DNA of 64,000 nt from an uncultured delta proteobacterium (lineage in GTDB: Bacteria > Desulfobacterota > Binatia > UBA9968), in assembly GCA_963816145.1 (NCBI GenBank), contig CAWFJP010000029.1:224001-288000 (forward strand), given 5' to 3'. Under the pieces are notes generated by a model. The model saw only the letters and a list, made by a program, of their open reading frames with translations, was not told the origin of the DNA and searched no databases. The translations under genes were made by a program, and so were the position numbers. Numbering within the stretch: the stretch's first letter is position 1; each line of letters opens with the position of its first letter. This document shows positions 20,281 to 30,797 of this stretch, piece by piece.

Positions 20281-21225
20281 AATTGTGCCCTTCTATTTAA
20301 AGCTCTCAATGAGCTTTTTGGTTAACTGCATTACCTGAAATTTCGTTAGGGTCGGATTTTTACCTCAGAATGCCTATGATTGTCAATTAGTTTCAAACAG
20401 TGACAATAATTACCTACAGTTGAGACCTATCACAAAGCAATCACTATGCATTGCGACAGCGATTTACCGCAGCAATATGAAGTAATGTCTTAGGTTGGTG
20501 TCCGAATGTCTATGGGGTTCGATTTTTGAACCGAAGCGTTCAGATAGTCAGCGCAATCTTTTTATTGCGATGCTATACGGCCATCTGAGCGCCGCAGTTA
20601 AGGTGAATTGCTCGTTGATGGAGCGATTCCAATCGCTGAGATGCGCAGAAATTCACTTCTCACATGAATTGCCGATTGGGGCGAAAATAGGCGGCATCCC
20701 GATGAATCACGAATCCGGGCAGCAATACTCCTTGTTTGGCGACGTACGCATCATGCGTTCGAAGGAAACCATTGATGCTACCAGGCGTTAGTTTAGAAGT
20801 TTAATGGACGGTGGAACTCTGATTCTCCTGTGGCGACTCGAGACAACTTGATTCTAGGCTTTCTCTCTTGTTGAGGCACAGCGCTTTGATTCTCTCCTCA
20901 GGTCAGTTTCTGTGCATTTTACGATTCGGTGGGCGACCAGAATTTCGAGTAGCTCAGAGTTCTCACGCGATTGAGGCGTGCGTCCGCCGTTACGCCATTT
21001 TCAGCAGGTTTTATCCAATGTCCATCGATGTGAGCGCAGGTAATCCCGGTAGAGCAGCCATGTTTCTTTGACTATTGCTGTCATGAAGACTCGAAGCGCA
21101 TGATGTCCTTGCGCCGCTTGCGTACCCCGAGTTTACGTGGCGAGTCCGAGACGGGACGTAATCGAGGTTTGTATAGGGAGCGCCTGTTTAAAACCGAATA
21201 TGGCAGATTGCAGTCACTTCCGATG

Positions 21226-22257
21226 CTAAAAGAGTCTCCGTGCCCGATCGATTAACAGCCAACAGATCATTGCCATCACAGCCGATGCGGGGATGGTGAG
21301 GATCCAGGCCCAGACGATTCGGCCGGCGACGTTCCAGCGCACGGAGCGGAGCCGGCGCAGGGAGCCGACGCCAACGATGGCGCCGGTGATTGTATGAGTG
21401 GTCGATACAGGAATGCCGAAATGGGCTGCACCAAAAAGCGTAAATGCACCGGCGGCTTCGGCGGCAAATCCACCCATAGGTTGAAGTTTGGTGATGCGCG
21501 AACCCATGGTGTGGACGATGCGCCAGCCGCCGGAGAGGGTGCCTAAGCCGATGGCAGCGTGGGCCATTAAGACGATCCAAAATGGGATGGCCATCTTGCC
21601 CGCAGCGTCGCTGACGTAGCCGCGATATTCGGGCACAATAAACAATGCGCCGGCGATGATGCCCATGGTTTTTTGCGCGTCGTTGGTGCCGTGACCGAGA
21701 CTGTACGCGGCCGCCGATATGAGCTGGCCCCGTCTGAATATATGGTCGACGTTTGCGGGAATCGATCGTTTAAAAATGTTTAAGATCGCCACCAAATTTA
21801 TCATGCCGAGCGCCATGCCGAGGAGCGGCGCAATGATGATAAAAGTTAGTGTGCTGATCCAACCTCCTGGTATGATGATCCCTAGGCCGGCCTTGGCGAT
21901 GCCGGCGCCGGCGAGGCCGCCGATCAGGGCATGGGAGGAGCTGGTCGGCAGACCGACGTACCAGGTGATCAAGTCCCATGCAATCGCGCCGATCAGTGCC
22001 GCGAGAATGACATAAGAGTCGACCTGGTTGACGTCGAGCAGGCCGCTGCCGATGGTCTTTGCGACCGCGGTGCCGAAGGTAAAGGCGGCGACGAAATTCC
22101 AAAACGCCGCCCACACCACGCCTTGCATGGGTGTCAAGACCCGGGTCGACACCACCGTGGCGATGGAATTGGCGGCGTCGTGAAAACCGTTGACGTAGTC
22201 GAAGGCGAGGGCTACGGCGATAATGAAGATCGTCAGAAGCAGAACCGGATCAGCCAT
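21226..22257 (-). CDS. pit: Inorganic phosphate transporter, PiT family
   Basis: NGFHDAANSIAT, GLPTSSSHALIG, HGTNDAQK, PVSTTH. Confidence 0.95.
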   Translation of the reverse strand: MADPVLLLTIFIIAVALAFDYVNGFHDAANSIATVVSTRVLTPMQGVVWAAFWNFVAAFTFGTAVAKTIGSGLLDVNQVDSYVILAALIGAIAWDLITWYVGLPTSSSHALIGGLAGAGIAKAGLGIIIPGGWISTLTFIIIAPLLGMALGMINLVAILNIFKRSIPANVDHIFRRGQLISAAAYSLGHGTNDAQKTMGIIAGALFIVPEYRGYVSDAAGKMAIPFWIVLMAHAAIGLGTLSGGWRIVHTMGSRITKLQPMGGFAAEAAGAFTLFGAAHFGIPVSTTHTITGAIVGVGSLRRLRSVRWNVAGRIVWAWILTIPASAVMAMICWLLIDRARRLF

Positions 22258-22879
22258 TTTTGATAACCACGCGCTGCAGTACGTCGGCGATGTCTTCCAT
22301 CCGGTCGGTGGCTTCTTCGAGCATTTCGTAGATCTCTTTCCAGCGAATCAGATTGAACAGATCTTCCTTGTGATTGACGATGTCGACCAGCGCTTCGCGT
22401 AGCATTCGGTCGCCATTATTCTCGATGGTGTTTATCTCCTTGATATGCTCGGTGACCAGGCGAAAGTTTTTTTTCTCGCGCAGGTTGGGCATCGCCTCGT
22501 GCAGTTCGGCGGCGCCGCTGCGGATCAACTGCGCAAGCTGGCGCGCCCGCTCGGTGGGCGTTTCGATTTGGAATATGACCATGCGCACGGCGGTCGCCTC
22601 GATCCCGTCTATGGCGTCGTCGAGGGCAGAGATCAGCCGCTCGATATCTTCGCTGTCGAGCGGGATGATCAGCGTGTGCATCAACAGGTGCATGACCTCA
22701 TGGACGATAAAGTCGCCGCGATGCTCCAATTCGGTGATATGGGCGACCTTGGCTTCGACATTTTCATAGTGATCGAACATGTCCTGCAACGCGGTTGCGG
22801 CGTCCAATAGGTTGCCGGTAGCTTTCTCAAACCACTCATAGAATTTGGTCTCCGCCGGCAGAAACTGAAATTTCGCCAT
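22250..22879 (-). CDS. DUF47 Pit accessory protein (PhoU-like)
   Basis: ELEHRGD, IIPLDSEDI..L...LDD..D, IENNGD, IRWKEIYE.LE.ATD..ED; overlaps pit; ATG at 22879 with GGAG RBS. Confidence 0.92.
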   Translation of the reverse strand: MAKFQFLPAETKFYEWFEKATGNLLDAATALQDMFDHYENVEAKVAHITELEHRGDFIVHEVMHLLMHTLIIPLDSEDIERLISALDDAIDGIEATAVRMVIFQIETPTERARQLAQLIRSGAAELHEAMPNLREKKNFRLVTEHIKEINTIENNGDRMLREALVDIVNHKEDLFNLIRWKEIYEMLEEATDRMEDIADVLQRVVIKNG

Positions 22880-22927
22880 TATTTCTCCACAATATACGTC
22901 AAACGTTAGATTAAGGGACCCGAAAAA

Positions 22928-22959
22928 ACGAAACGCGTGATACGTATCACGCGTTTCGT
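22928..22959. repeat. Perfect 32-bp palindrome
   Basis: ACGAAACGCGTGATAC|GTATCACGCGTTTCGT. Confidence 0.85.
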
Positions 22960-22974
22960 AGTCCTTCAACTAAA

Positions 22975-23138
22975 GCGGCAAGATTTGGCGGGAAATGCCG
23001 ATGTCGGATTCTTGGATGAATCGAATCGCCAACGGATATACGGCTCTCGGCTGGGTGGCGACGCAAAGGTCGCGCGCGCAATGGAAAACTTGTGGCTGTG
23101 ATTCCGTCTTCTATTTGGCTGCGCCAAGAATCACTGCT
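22975..23138 (-). pseudogene. Decayed ArsC/LMW-PTP domain directly after the phoR stop codon
   Basis: Read-through ILLM*SSDSWRSQIEDG, then after a frameshift VATQPRAVYPLAIRFIQESDIGISRQ. Confidence 0.65.
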
Positions 23139-24968
23139 TCACATTAACAGTATCCCTTCGTTAGCCGTTGCGTCCGCCACCATTGGCAAATGGACGCTAA
23201 TGGTCGTGCCCTTGTTCAACTCGCTGGAGATTTTGAGTTCGCCGCGATGGGCCTGGACGATGTGCTTGACGATTGCTAGGCCGAGGCCGGTGCCGCCAAG
23301 ATCGCGCGACCTTGCCTTGTCCACACGGTAAAAGCGTTCAGTCAGTCGAGGTAGATCTTTTTCGGGGATTCCCACGCCGCTGTCTGCGACGGCGATCTCG
23401 ATTTGCCTCACGCCGCTGTCGTCCGTTTCGCATTCGGCCGCGCTCAGCGTCACTTTGCCGCCCGGCGGCGTATATTTGACGGCGTTGTCGACAAGGTTGA
23501 TGAGAAGCTGCTGCAAGCGATCCGGGTCGCCGCTGATCTTACCGCATGGTGTGCCAATCTTCTGGGTGAGTTTGATATCTTTCTTGGCCGCCCGGTCCCA
23601 GAAAACTTCGAGGGTTTGCTGCACTAGTCTTGCCGTATCCACCGGCTTTGGCGTGATCTGAATCTTGCCTGACTCGAGATCGGATAACGTCAATAGGTCT
23701 TCGGTCAACCGGCCGAGCCTTTCGGCATGGCGCTCGATAATTTCGAGAAACTGCTGCCGGTCTTCGGCCTTACCCGGGGGGGAATGGATCAGTGTTTCCA
23801 CGTAACCTTGGATGGCCGTCAATGGGGTGCGCAATTCATGCGAGACGTTGGCGACAAAGTCGGAGCGGATGGTCTCGAGCTGTTTAATTTTCGTGACATC
23901 GTGAAAGACGAGGATGGAGCCCAAGGTCATGCGTTGGGGATTGCGCAGTGGCGCGGCGTTGACGCTGAACCAATAGCCATCCTCCAATTCGATCTCTCGG
24001 CTGAAGGTCTGACTGGTAAAATCAAATCTCAAAACTTCCTCGAGAATCGCATGAATTTCCGGATGGCGAGAAAGTTCTAAAATCGACACCCCAAAAACCT
24101 CGCGTCCCGGAGGCACATGAAACATTCCTCTGGCTTGGTCGTTGACGACGAGCACGTTGCCCTTGGGGTCAAGCACTAGGACTCCCTCTATCATGCACCG
24201 TAATATCGAATCGGCCTTCTCTTTTTCGCTGATGATATCGGTGAGGTTGTCGCGAATCCGCTGGCACATGTCGTTGAGATGCTGCTCCAAGAGGCCGAAT
24301 TCGTCTTGATTGTAGCTCGGAAAAAAATCTTGCGGAAAGCTTCCTTGGGCGATCTTGCCTGAAAACTGCACCAACCGTTGGACACGCCGGCTAAGATAGC
24401 TGGAAAACCACCAAGCGAGCATCAGACTGGCCAGAGACGCGACCAGCAAGCCGGCGAATAAGGAGCGGCGCATATTACGGTTCACATCGTCGAACTCTTT
24501 CAAAGGGATCGAAATGCGGACAATACGTTGCTGCTTCTCGCCGCGCTGATAAAAGGCCCGGTACAGCATGTCGAAACCAACGGTGGTGCTGTAGCGCTGC
24601 GAGCTGGCGGTGGTCGATTTTAGCGCATCGATGATCTCGGGGCGGCGCCCATGATTCTCCATTTTTTCCGAAGACTCGGCAGAATCGCCCAACACTTTGC
24701 CATCAATGGCGATGACGGTGATGCGCACGCCCAGTTCGCCGGCGAGTTGGCGGCAGATCTCGTCGAGGTCGGCGCCTTCTACGCCGAAGGGCAACACTCG
24801 GCTGAGCAAGTGGGCCTCCTGCTCCATTCGATTGCCGAGGGTTGCGATGTGAAAATCGCGAATTAGGCTGTTGGAAGAAACGTAAAATCCCAGAACAAGC
24901 AGCAGTGCGACCGCCAAGTAGGAGAAGAAAACTTTGTTGACGAGACTAAGATTCCAGAGCCTTTTCAT
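23139..24968 (-). CDS. phoR: Phosphate regulon sensor histidine kinase
   Basis: 2 TM, HAMP, PAS, DFVANVSHELRTPL, NLVDNAVKY, ERFYRVDKARSR, GTGLGLAIVKH. Confidence 0.93.
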   Translation of the reverse strand: MKRLWNLSLVNKVFFSYLAVALLLVLGFYVSSNSLIRDFHIATLGNRMEQEAHLLSRVLPFGVEGADLDEICRQLAGELGVRITVIAIDGKVLGDSAESSEKMENHGRRPEIIDALKSTTASSQRYSTTVGFDMLYRAFYQRGEKQQRIVRISIPLKEFDDVNRNMRRSLFAGLLVASLASLMLAWWFSSYLSRRVQRLVQFSGKIAQGSFPQDFFPSYNQDEFGLLEQHLNDMCQRIRDNLTDIISEKEKADSILRCMIEGVLVLDPKGNVLVVNDQARGMFHVPPGREVFGVSILELSRHPEIHAILEEVLRFDFTSQTFSREIELEDGYWFSVNAAPLRNPQRMTLGSILVFHDVTKIKQLETIRSDFVANVSHELRTPLTAIQGYVETLIHSPPGKAEDRQQFLEIIERHAERLGRLTEDLLTLSDLESGKIQITPKPVDTARLVQQTLEVFWDRAAKKDIKLTQKIGTPCGKISGDPDRLQQLLINLVDNAVKYTPPGGKVTLSAAECETDDSGVRQIEIAVADSGVGIPEKDLPRLTERFYRVDKARSRDLGGTGLGLAIVKHIVQAHRGELKISSELNKGTTISVHLPMVADATANEGILLM

Positions 24969-25665
24969 CGAACTTGTAGCCGACTCCGCGCAGCGTCAGT
25001 ATCCATTGCGGATTACTATCGTCTTTTTCAATCGCTTTGCGCAAGCGGCGAATATGCACATCGACGGTGCGCGGGGTGACGAAGGTGTCCCCGCCCCAGA
25101 CGCGATCGAGAAGTTGATCGCGGTTGAGTACCCGGTTGGGGTTCTGCACGAGAAATTTCAACAGCTCGAACTCCTTAAGGGTTAACTTGATTGGTTTGCT
25201 CTGCACTGAAACTTCGTAGGTGGCAAAATCGATCTTTAGCCCGCCTTTTTGATAGGCCGGCAGAGTCTCAGTCTGGCCGGTGCCGTTAGTCCGGCGCAAG
25301 ATAGCCCGCACCCGGGCGACCAACTCACGCGGGCTGAAAGGTTTGGCCAAATAGTCGTCCGCGCCAAGTTCCAGACCCAGGACGCGGTCCGCTTCGCCGG
25401 ACTTGGCGGTCAACATGAGGATCGGCAGTTTTGCGGTATCATCTTGGCCACGAAGCGTTCGACAAAGCTCCAAACCTGACATTCCCGGCATCATCAGATC
25501 GAGGATGACCAGGCTCGGTTTGTCGCGGTGAATCAGTTTAAGCGCTTGGTCGCCGTTTTCAGCTTCGATAACTTTGTAGTGGTCTTGAGTGAGGTTGTAA
25601 TGCACCAGTTTGCGAATATCGGGCTCGTCCTCAACGACGAGGATCTTGTATGCGGCGTTACCCAT
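24946..25665 (-). CDS. phoB: Phosphate regulon response regulator (OmpR family)
   Basis: ILVVEDE, ILDLMMP, LTAK, GADDY..KPF, RTVDVHIRRLR, TLRGVGY; lies between phoU and phoR. Confidence 0.92.
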   Translation of the reverse strand: MGNAAYKILVVEDEPDIRKLVHYNLTQDHYKVIEAENGDQALKLIHRDKPSLVILDLMMPGMSGLELCRTLRGQDDTAKLPILMLTAKSGEADRVLGLELGADDYLAKPFSPRELVARVRAILRRTNGTGQTETLPAYQKGGLKIDFATYEVSVQSKPIKLTLKEFELLKFLVQNPNRVLNRDQLLDRVWGGDTFVTPRTVDVHIRRLRKAIEKDDSNPQWILTLRGVGYKFDEKALES

Positions 25666-25671
25666 AATTTG

Positions 25672-26370
25672 CTAAACCGACGGCGGCACTTCCTTCATGT
25701 GGCGAATGCTTTTCCCTTTGACCATGAAGATCACCATTTCGGCGATGTTGGTCGCGTGATCGGCGATGCGCTCGAGATACTTCGAGATCGAACTGATTTT
25801 GGTCGCGCGGCTGATGGTTTGGGCGTTTTCAAGCATGAACGTTAGGGTCTCGCGGAAGATTTGCGCGTTCAGGTCATCGACATCGGCATCGTCCTTACAC
25901 ACCTTGAGCGCGAGATCGGTGTCTTCTCGGACGAAGGCGTCGAGGCTTTCGTGAATCATCCGCTGGGAAATGCGCGCCATGCGCGGAATGTCGATATAGG
26001 GTTTGAGCTGCGGCTCCTGGTTCAGTTCAAGAGCGCGCTCGCAGATATTCACCGCCATGTCGCCAATCCGCTCGAGATCGGTGGTGATCTTAAGTCCGGT
26101 CGTAATCAGGCGCAGATCGATGCCGGCGGGCTGGTGCAGGGCGAGCAGCTTGATGCACAATTCGTCGATTTCCACATCCAACCGGTTTACTTCATGGTCG
26201 CGTTCGATGATGATGTTGGCGAGATCGGAATCCCGGTCGACCAAAGCTTTGATCGATTTCTGAATTTGATCTTCGACCAGTCCGCCCATGTAAAGAATTT
26301 CTTCACGTAGTTTGGATAGCTCTTCTTCGTATTTCTTGTCTGTATGTTGTGTCGTCATCCCTTCCTCCAA
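25672..26370 (-). CDS. phoU: Phosphate signalling protein PhoU
   Basis: HQPAGIDLR, DLERIGDMAVNI, YLERIADHATNIAE. Confidence 0.96.
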   Translation of the reverse strand: MEEGMTTQHTDKKYEEELSKLREEILYMGGLVEDQIQKSIKALVDRDSDLANIIIERDHEVNRLDVEIDELCIKLLALHQPAGIDLRLITTGLKITTDLERIGDMAVNICERALELNQEPQLKPYIDIPRMARISQRMIHESLDAFVREDTDLALKVCKDDADVDDLNAQIFRETLTFMLENAQTISRATKISSISKYLERIADHATNIAEMVIFMVKGKSIRHMKEVPPSV

Positions 26371-26372
26371 GA

Positions 26373-27236
26373 TTAACCGAAACGGCCGGTAATGTAATCT
26401 TCAGTTTGGCGCTTTTCCGGAGCAGTAAACAGTTTTTGGGTCTCGCCAAATTCGACCAACTCACCGACATAGAAAAACGCGGTATAATCCGATGACCGGG
26501 CCGCTTGTTGCATATTGTGCGTGACGATCACGATTGTAACTTTTTCTTTTAATTCGTGGATGAGCTCCTCGATTTTGGCCGTTGCGATCGGATCGAGGGC
26601 CGAGCAGGGTTCGTCCATCAACAGCACTTCGGGATCCACTGCCAATGCGCGCGCTATGCAAAGTCTTTGTTGTTGCCCGCCGGACAAGCTGGTCCCCGGC
26701 TTTTGAAGATTATCCTTCACTTCATCCCAAATCGCCGCGTTCTTGAGACTGCGTTCGACTTTTTCCGCGATCAATTTTCGATCGCGGATCCCATTCAATC
26801 GATATCCGGAGGCAACATTGTCGTAGATCGACATGCTGGGAAAAACATTCGGCTTCTGGAAGACCATTCCAACCCGGCGACGCACGTCGACCGGATCGAC
26901 ACCGGGGCCATAGAGGTCTTGGCCGTCGAGCAGCACTTTGCCTTGGACGCGCCCGCCCGGGGTGACTTCGTGCATGCGGTTGAGGCAGCGAATGAACGTC
27001 GATTTGCCGCAACCGGACGGGCCGATAATCGATGTAACCTGATTGGTTCTGACCGACATATTGACGTTTTTGACTGCCCGGACATCGCCATAAAAGATAC
27101 TTAAATCTTCGACCTTGAGCCGGATATCTTCTGCTGGAACCGACGCCTTGTTCTCCGAGCCATGAAGGTCGCTGCGGCTGATCAGCTCTTTCGGCGCATG
27201 GGCCTCATCGCTCATGTGAACTCCCCCATTATTCAT
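26373..27236 (-). CDS. pstB: Phosphate ABC transporter ATP-binding protein
   Basis: [56 protein letters not shown]. Confidence 0.97.
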   Translation of the reverse strand: MNNGGVHMSDEAHAPKELISRSDLHGSENKASVPAEDIRLKVEDLSIFYGDVRAVKNVNMSVRTNQVTSIIGPSGCGKSTFIRCLNRMHEVTPGGRVQGKVLLDGQDLYGPGVDPVDVRRRVGMVFQKPNVFPSMSIYDNVASGYRLNGIRDRKLIAEKVERSLKNAAIWDEVKDNLQKPGTSLSGGQQQRLCIARALAVDPEVLLMDEPCSALDPIATAKIEELIHELKEKVTIVIVTHNMQQAARSSDYTAFFYVGELVEFGETQKLFTAPEKRQTEDYITGRFG

Positions 27237-28098
27237 GTGACTTCCCCCTCAGAAATGTACGCGTCAAGACGCTGGTAAACAATACCACCGCCATCAATAC
27301 GAACGATGCAGCCCAGGCCTTTTGATGCCAATCGTCATAGGGTCCAGTCGCGTAGGTGTAAATGAGCATGGGCACCGTGGCGATTGGCTTGCTTAGATTC
27401 AAATTCCAAAAGGGATTGCCGAAGGCGGTGAACAACATCGGCGCCGCTTCGCCAAGAGCTCTTGAGACCGCGAGGATCGCGCCAGTCAACAATGCTGTCT
27501 TCGAGACCGGCAAAACTACCCAGAGTATTGTGCGCCATTTCGGCACGCCCAATGCCAATGACGCTTCCCGCAGCGAGGTTGGAACTAGTCGAAACGCCTC
27601 GTGGGAGGTGATAACCAAGATCGGCACCATGATAAAAGCGTAGGCAACCGAGCCGGAAAATCCCGAGAATGCACCGAAGGGTTGAACCACCATGTCGTAG
27701 GCGAACAGGCCGACGACGATGGACGGCACCCCGGTCAACACCTCCGCCATGAATCGCACCGTACGGCCGAGCCGGGCGCTGGGAAACTCATTGATAAAGA
27801 TGGCAGCGCCCAAGCCGATCGGTAACGCCATCAGCGTTGCGACGATGACCACGAGTATGCTACCGACCAGCGCGTTAGCGATACCGCCGCCGGACTCGCC
27901 AGGGGGCAACGGCAGCTCGGTCAGAAATGACCAGTCAATAGCGGTTGCACCGTTATAGACGACGTAGCCTAAAATCATAAAAAGTAGCGATACCGTAACG
28001 CTCGTGCAAAGCACCATGCCGATCCAGGCAAATCGTTGGACGATTTTGCGAAACGGGTAATTACTCGGCGTTGCTGCGAGATTCATTGCGCTCATCAT
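27229..28098 (-). CDS. pstA: Phosphate ABC transporter permease
   Basis: [39 protein letters not shown]. Confidence 0.95.
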   Translation of the reverse strand: MMSAMNLAATPSNYPFRKIVQRFAWIGMVLCTSVTVSLLFMILGYVVYNGATAIDWSFLTELPLPPGESGGGIANALVGSILVVIVATLMALPIGLGAAIFINEFPSARLGRTVRFMAEVLTGVPSIVVGLFAYDMVVQPFGAFSGFSGSVAYAFIMVPILVITSHEAFRLVPTSLREASLALGVPKWRTILWVVLPVSKTALLTGAILAVSRALGEAAPMLFTAFGNPFWNLNLSKPIATVPMLIYTYATGPYDDWHQKAWAASFVLMAVVLFTSVLTRTFLRGKSHE

Positions 28099-28104
28099 CT
28101 TACC

Positions 28105-29103
28105 TCATTCAAAAACCGCGACCTTGCCTTTGGAAAGCTTCCAGATCATCCACTGGGCGCATAGGCTGATGACGATCGTGATGCCAAACAAAACAAGTCC
28201 AACATAGATAAGCGAGGACACATACAAGCTGTAAGTTGCCTCGGTGAATTCGCTGGCAATTTGACTCGCCATGCTGTGCACGGGGTCGAATAAAGAGTGA
28301 ATCATATCGAAAGAATTTCCCCCGACCATCGTGACCGCCATGGTTTCGCCGATGGCCCGGCCCAAACCAAGAATCACGGCGCCAAATAGGCCGACGCGTG
28401 AGTAGGGCAGCGCCACTTTCCATATCGCTTCCCATTTGGTCGCGCCCAACGCTAACATGCCTTCAATTTGCGGGCGCGGCACGGTCAAAAGGATGTCGCG
28501 GGAAATCGCCGTGACGATTGGCAGGATCATGATCGCGAGAATGACGCTGCCGGATAGCACGCCGACGCCGTAGACAGCCGGACCATCGAAAAGGAAAAAC
28601 CAGCCGAAGTTGGCCTTGAGCCAAATTTGCAGCGCGCGAATGATCGGAACCATGACGAACAGACCCCACAATCCAAAGACTATGCTTGGAATCCCCGCTA
28701 ACAATTCAATCGGGTAGGAAATAAACGGCCGCAGCCACTTCGGTATGTAAAAGGTAATGAAGACGGCGGAACCGATACTAATCGGCACCGCGAGCATTAG
28801 ACCGAGAGAGGCTTTTACCAGTGTGCCGATGATCGTGGGCAGCGTGCTGAATTCGCGAGTGACCGGATCCCACTTGGTGCCTACGAGAAATCCTAAACCA
28901 AATTTTTGGATGGCCTCCCAGGCGCCGTGAACAAGGTTTATCACCAACGCAATCCCGAGCACGATCACCGTGACTGCGAAAGCTCGGGTGACAATGTAAA
29001 ATAGCCGGTCACCAGCATTGGTCACAATCACATCATGATGTACCGCGGGCGCGGAAATTCCAGTCGGGAATGTTCTATCGATCGCTTGGGATGGCTCGCT
29101 CAT
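28105..29103 (-). CDS. pstC: Phosphate ABC transporter permease
   Basis: ELLAGIPSIVFGLWG, ALGATKWE, GRAIGETMAVTMV. Confidence 0.95.
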   Translation of the reverse strand: MSEPSQAIDRTFPTGISAPAVHHDVIVTNAGDRLFYIVTRAFAVTVIVLGIALVINLVHGAWEAIQKFGLGFLVGTKWDPVTREFSTLPTIIGTLVKASLGLMLAVPISIGSAVFITFYIPKWLRPFISYPIELLAGIPSIVFGLWGLFVMVPIIRALQIWLKANFGWFFLFDGPAVYGVGVLSGSVILAIMILPIVTAISRDILLTVPRPQIEGMLALGATKWEAIWKVALPYSRVGLFGAVILGLGRAIGETMAVTMVGGNSFDMIHSLFDPVHSMASQIASEFTEATYSLYVSSLIYVGLVLFGITIVISLCAQWMIWKLSKGKVAVFE

Positions 29104-29126
29104 TGAGTATCTCCGGGCTGATAAGA

Positions 29127-29162
29127 AAGGCGCAGCCGCTACTCACGCACCGGCTGCGCCTT
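29127..29162 (-). terminator. Stem-loop between pstS and pstC (terminator or mRNA-stabilising hairpin)
   Basis: AAGGCGCAGCCG-N12-CGGCTGCGCCTT. Confidence 0.6.
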
Positions 29163-29181
29163 GCATAAAAAATAGCGCTGA

Positions 29182-30243
29182 TTACTTTAACACTAACCGG
29201 TTGTTGAGCTTGATTTTCTTGACTAGGGCCTCAGCTTTTTTTACGGCGACGCCTTTCAGCGGGGCATAGTCCAAGGGCGTCGCGTATTTTTGGCCGTCCG
29301 TAACCATCCACATCGCGAGATTTGCCACCGCGTCGGCCTTAGCTTCGTTGGTCTGGTTCTCGTAAACCAGCAGCCAGGTGAAACCGCTGATTGAATAGGC
29401 GGCGGGATTGGCGCTGTCGGTTATGACGACTTCCATATTGTCCGGCAGATCTTTTTGATCCGCTGCAGCGGCCGCGCCCTCGAGGCTTGGATCGAGAAAT
29501 TTACCGGATTTATTGCTCAGTTGCGCCCACGTGAGTTTGGTCTGTTTAGCGTAGGCAAGCTCGACGTAGCCGATCGCGCCAGGGATCTGCTTTACCGAAT
29601 TGGCAACGCCTTCATTGCCTTTACCGCCGACATCGCCAGGCCAGTTCACCGAAGTGGCCGAGCCAACCTTCTCTTTCCACTCTGAGCTGACTTTAGAAAG
29701 ATAGTTGGTAAATATAAAGGTGGTTCCCGAGCCGTCCGAGCGATGCACCACCGCAATGGTCAGGTCAGGCAGGTTCATTCCGGGATTGATCGCTTTGATC
29801 TTGGCATCGTTCCATTTGTTGATCTTTTTCAAGTAAATGTCGGCGAGCACTTCGGGGGTGAGCTTGAGCTTGCTTGTTGGAATACCGGGGAGATTAAAGA
29901 TGACCGCTTCAGCTCCGGCCACAGTCGGGATGTGAAGCACCGCGCCACCCTTGGCTTCGGCTTTCTGCTTGTCGTCCATGACGCCATCCGATGCCCCGAA
30001 GTCTACCGTCTGTTCCTTGAGTTGTTGGATGCCGCCGCCCGAGCCGATGGATTGATAGTTCACCTTCACCCCGCAAATCTTGTCGTATTCGGCGAACATC
30101 TTGGAGTAGAGGGGATAAGGGAACGTTGCGCCCGCACCGGTCAGCTCTTTAACCCCTTTTGTTGGACAGCCCGCCACGGCGGCGGCGTTGGTGAAAAGCA
30201 ACGCACTTACGGCAACTAAACCTGCAAAACTTTTAGATTTCAT
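29182..30243 (-). CDS. pstS: Phosphate-binding protein
   Basis: GAGATFPYPLY, YQSIGSGGG, VDFGASD, VHRSDGSGTT, GGKGNEGV, IGYVELAYA. Confidence 0.97.
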   Translation of the reverse strand: MKSKSFAGLVAVSALLFTNAAAVAGCPTKGVKELTGAGATFPYPLYSKMFAEYDKICGVKVNYQSIGSGGGIQQLKEQTVDFGASDGVMDDKQKAEAKGGAVLHIPTVAGAEAVIFNLPGIPTSKLKLTPEVLADIYLKKINKWNDAKIKAINPGMNLPDLTIAVVHRSDGSGTTFIFTNYLSKVSSEWKEKVGSATSVNWPGDVGGKGNEGVANSVKQIPGAIGYVELAYAKQTKLTWAQLSNKSGKFLDPSLEGAAAAADQKDLPDNMEVVITDSANPAAYSISGFTWLLVYENQTNEAKADAVANLAMWMVTDGQKYATPLDYAPLKGVAVKKAEALVKKIKLNNRLVLK

Positions 30244-30284
30244 TTGATTTTCTCCTTTGTTTGTAAGGTTATTAAGCTCGGATT

Positions 30285-30453
30285 GTTAACGACGCGTTAC
30301 GGCATTGTTAAGCTTGGATAAAGCCGCAAGGACTGCGACAGCGCGAATAAGGCTTGACCTGATTGGGCGATATCTGCTTCATCTGTTAAGTTTGACGGGA
30401 AACTAAAGCCGAGCTGTGAATGATGTGTGACGGTAGGGTTAAGAATAGATTAA
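30285..30453 (-). promoter_or_regulatory. Pho-box-like 11-bp-period direct repeats upstream of pstS (two arrays)
   Basis: Plus-strand GTTAA 30285, GTTAC 30296, GTTAA 30307, ATAAA 30318; GTGAA 30416, GTGAC 30427, GTTAA 30438, ATTAA 30449. Confidence 0.7.
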
Positions 30454-30487
30454 ATTGGTTTACGGATGGCGCTGATATCGGATTATC

Positions 30488-30706
30488 TTAACCGGCGGTT
30501 AACAGTGCCTAGTACATTTCAATCCGGATTGAGCTCACGATTTCACTAGCACGCATGTGAAAAGGGGCGTTGCCTGAGCGCTCTACAATAAGCTGATTTG
30601 GATTGATCTGCTGCCCATGGATTTCAGTTTGGCTATGAAATGCGATGGTGGTCTTGAAGAGGGAGAGCTGGGTTACAATCTCTTGCGGCTTAACAAGAAC
30701 TTAACA
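30488..30706 (+). promoter_or_regulatory. Pho-box-like repeats upstream of the kinase pair
   Basis: TTAAC at 30488/30499 and at 30690/30701 (11-bp spacing). Confidence 0.6.
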
Positions 30707-30797
30707 TTCAAAACCGGCCTTTTTCTGGAATCTCTGAAGGAGGCTTTGATAGGCTCGCTGGGATACTGTCGGATAGGCAAGCAACACATTTAAAGTT

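Noticed and set aside
20300-21200. Short ORFs 20495..20791 and 20868..21071
   Set aside because: No recognisable motifs, RBS or coding-like composition; left unannotated.
23139-23141. phoR TGA as a selenocysteine codon at the ArsC catalytic position
   Set aside because: The downstream domain is frameshifted, truncated and degenerate, and no convincing SECIS is evident; a nonsense mutation is simpler.
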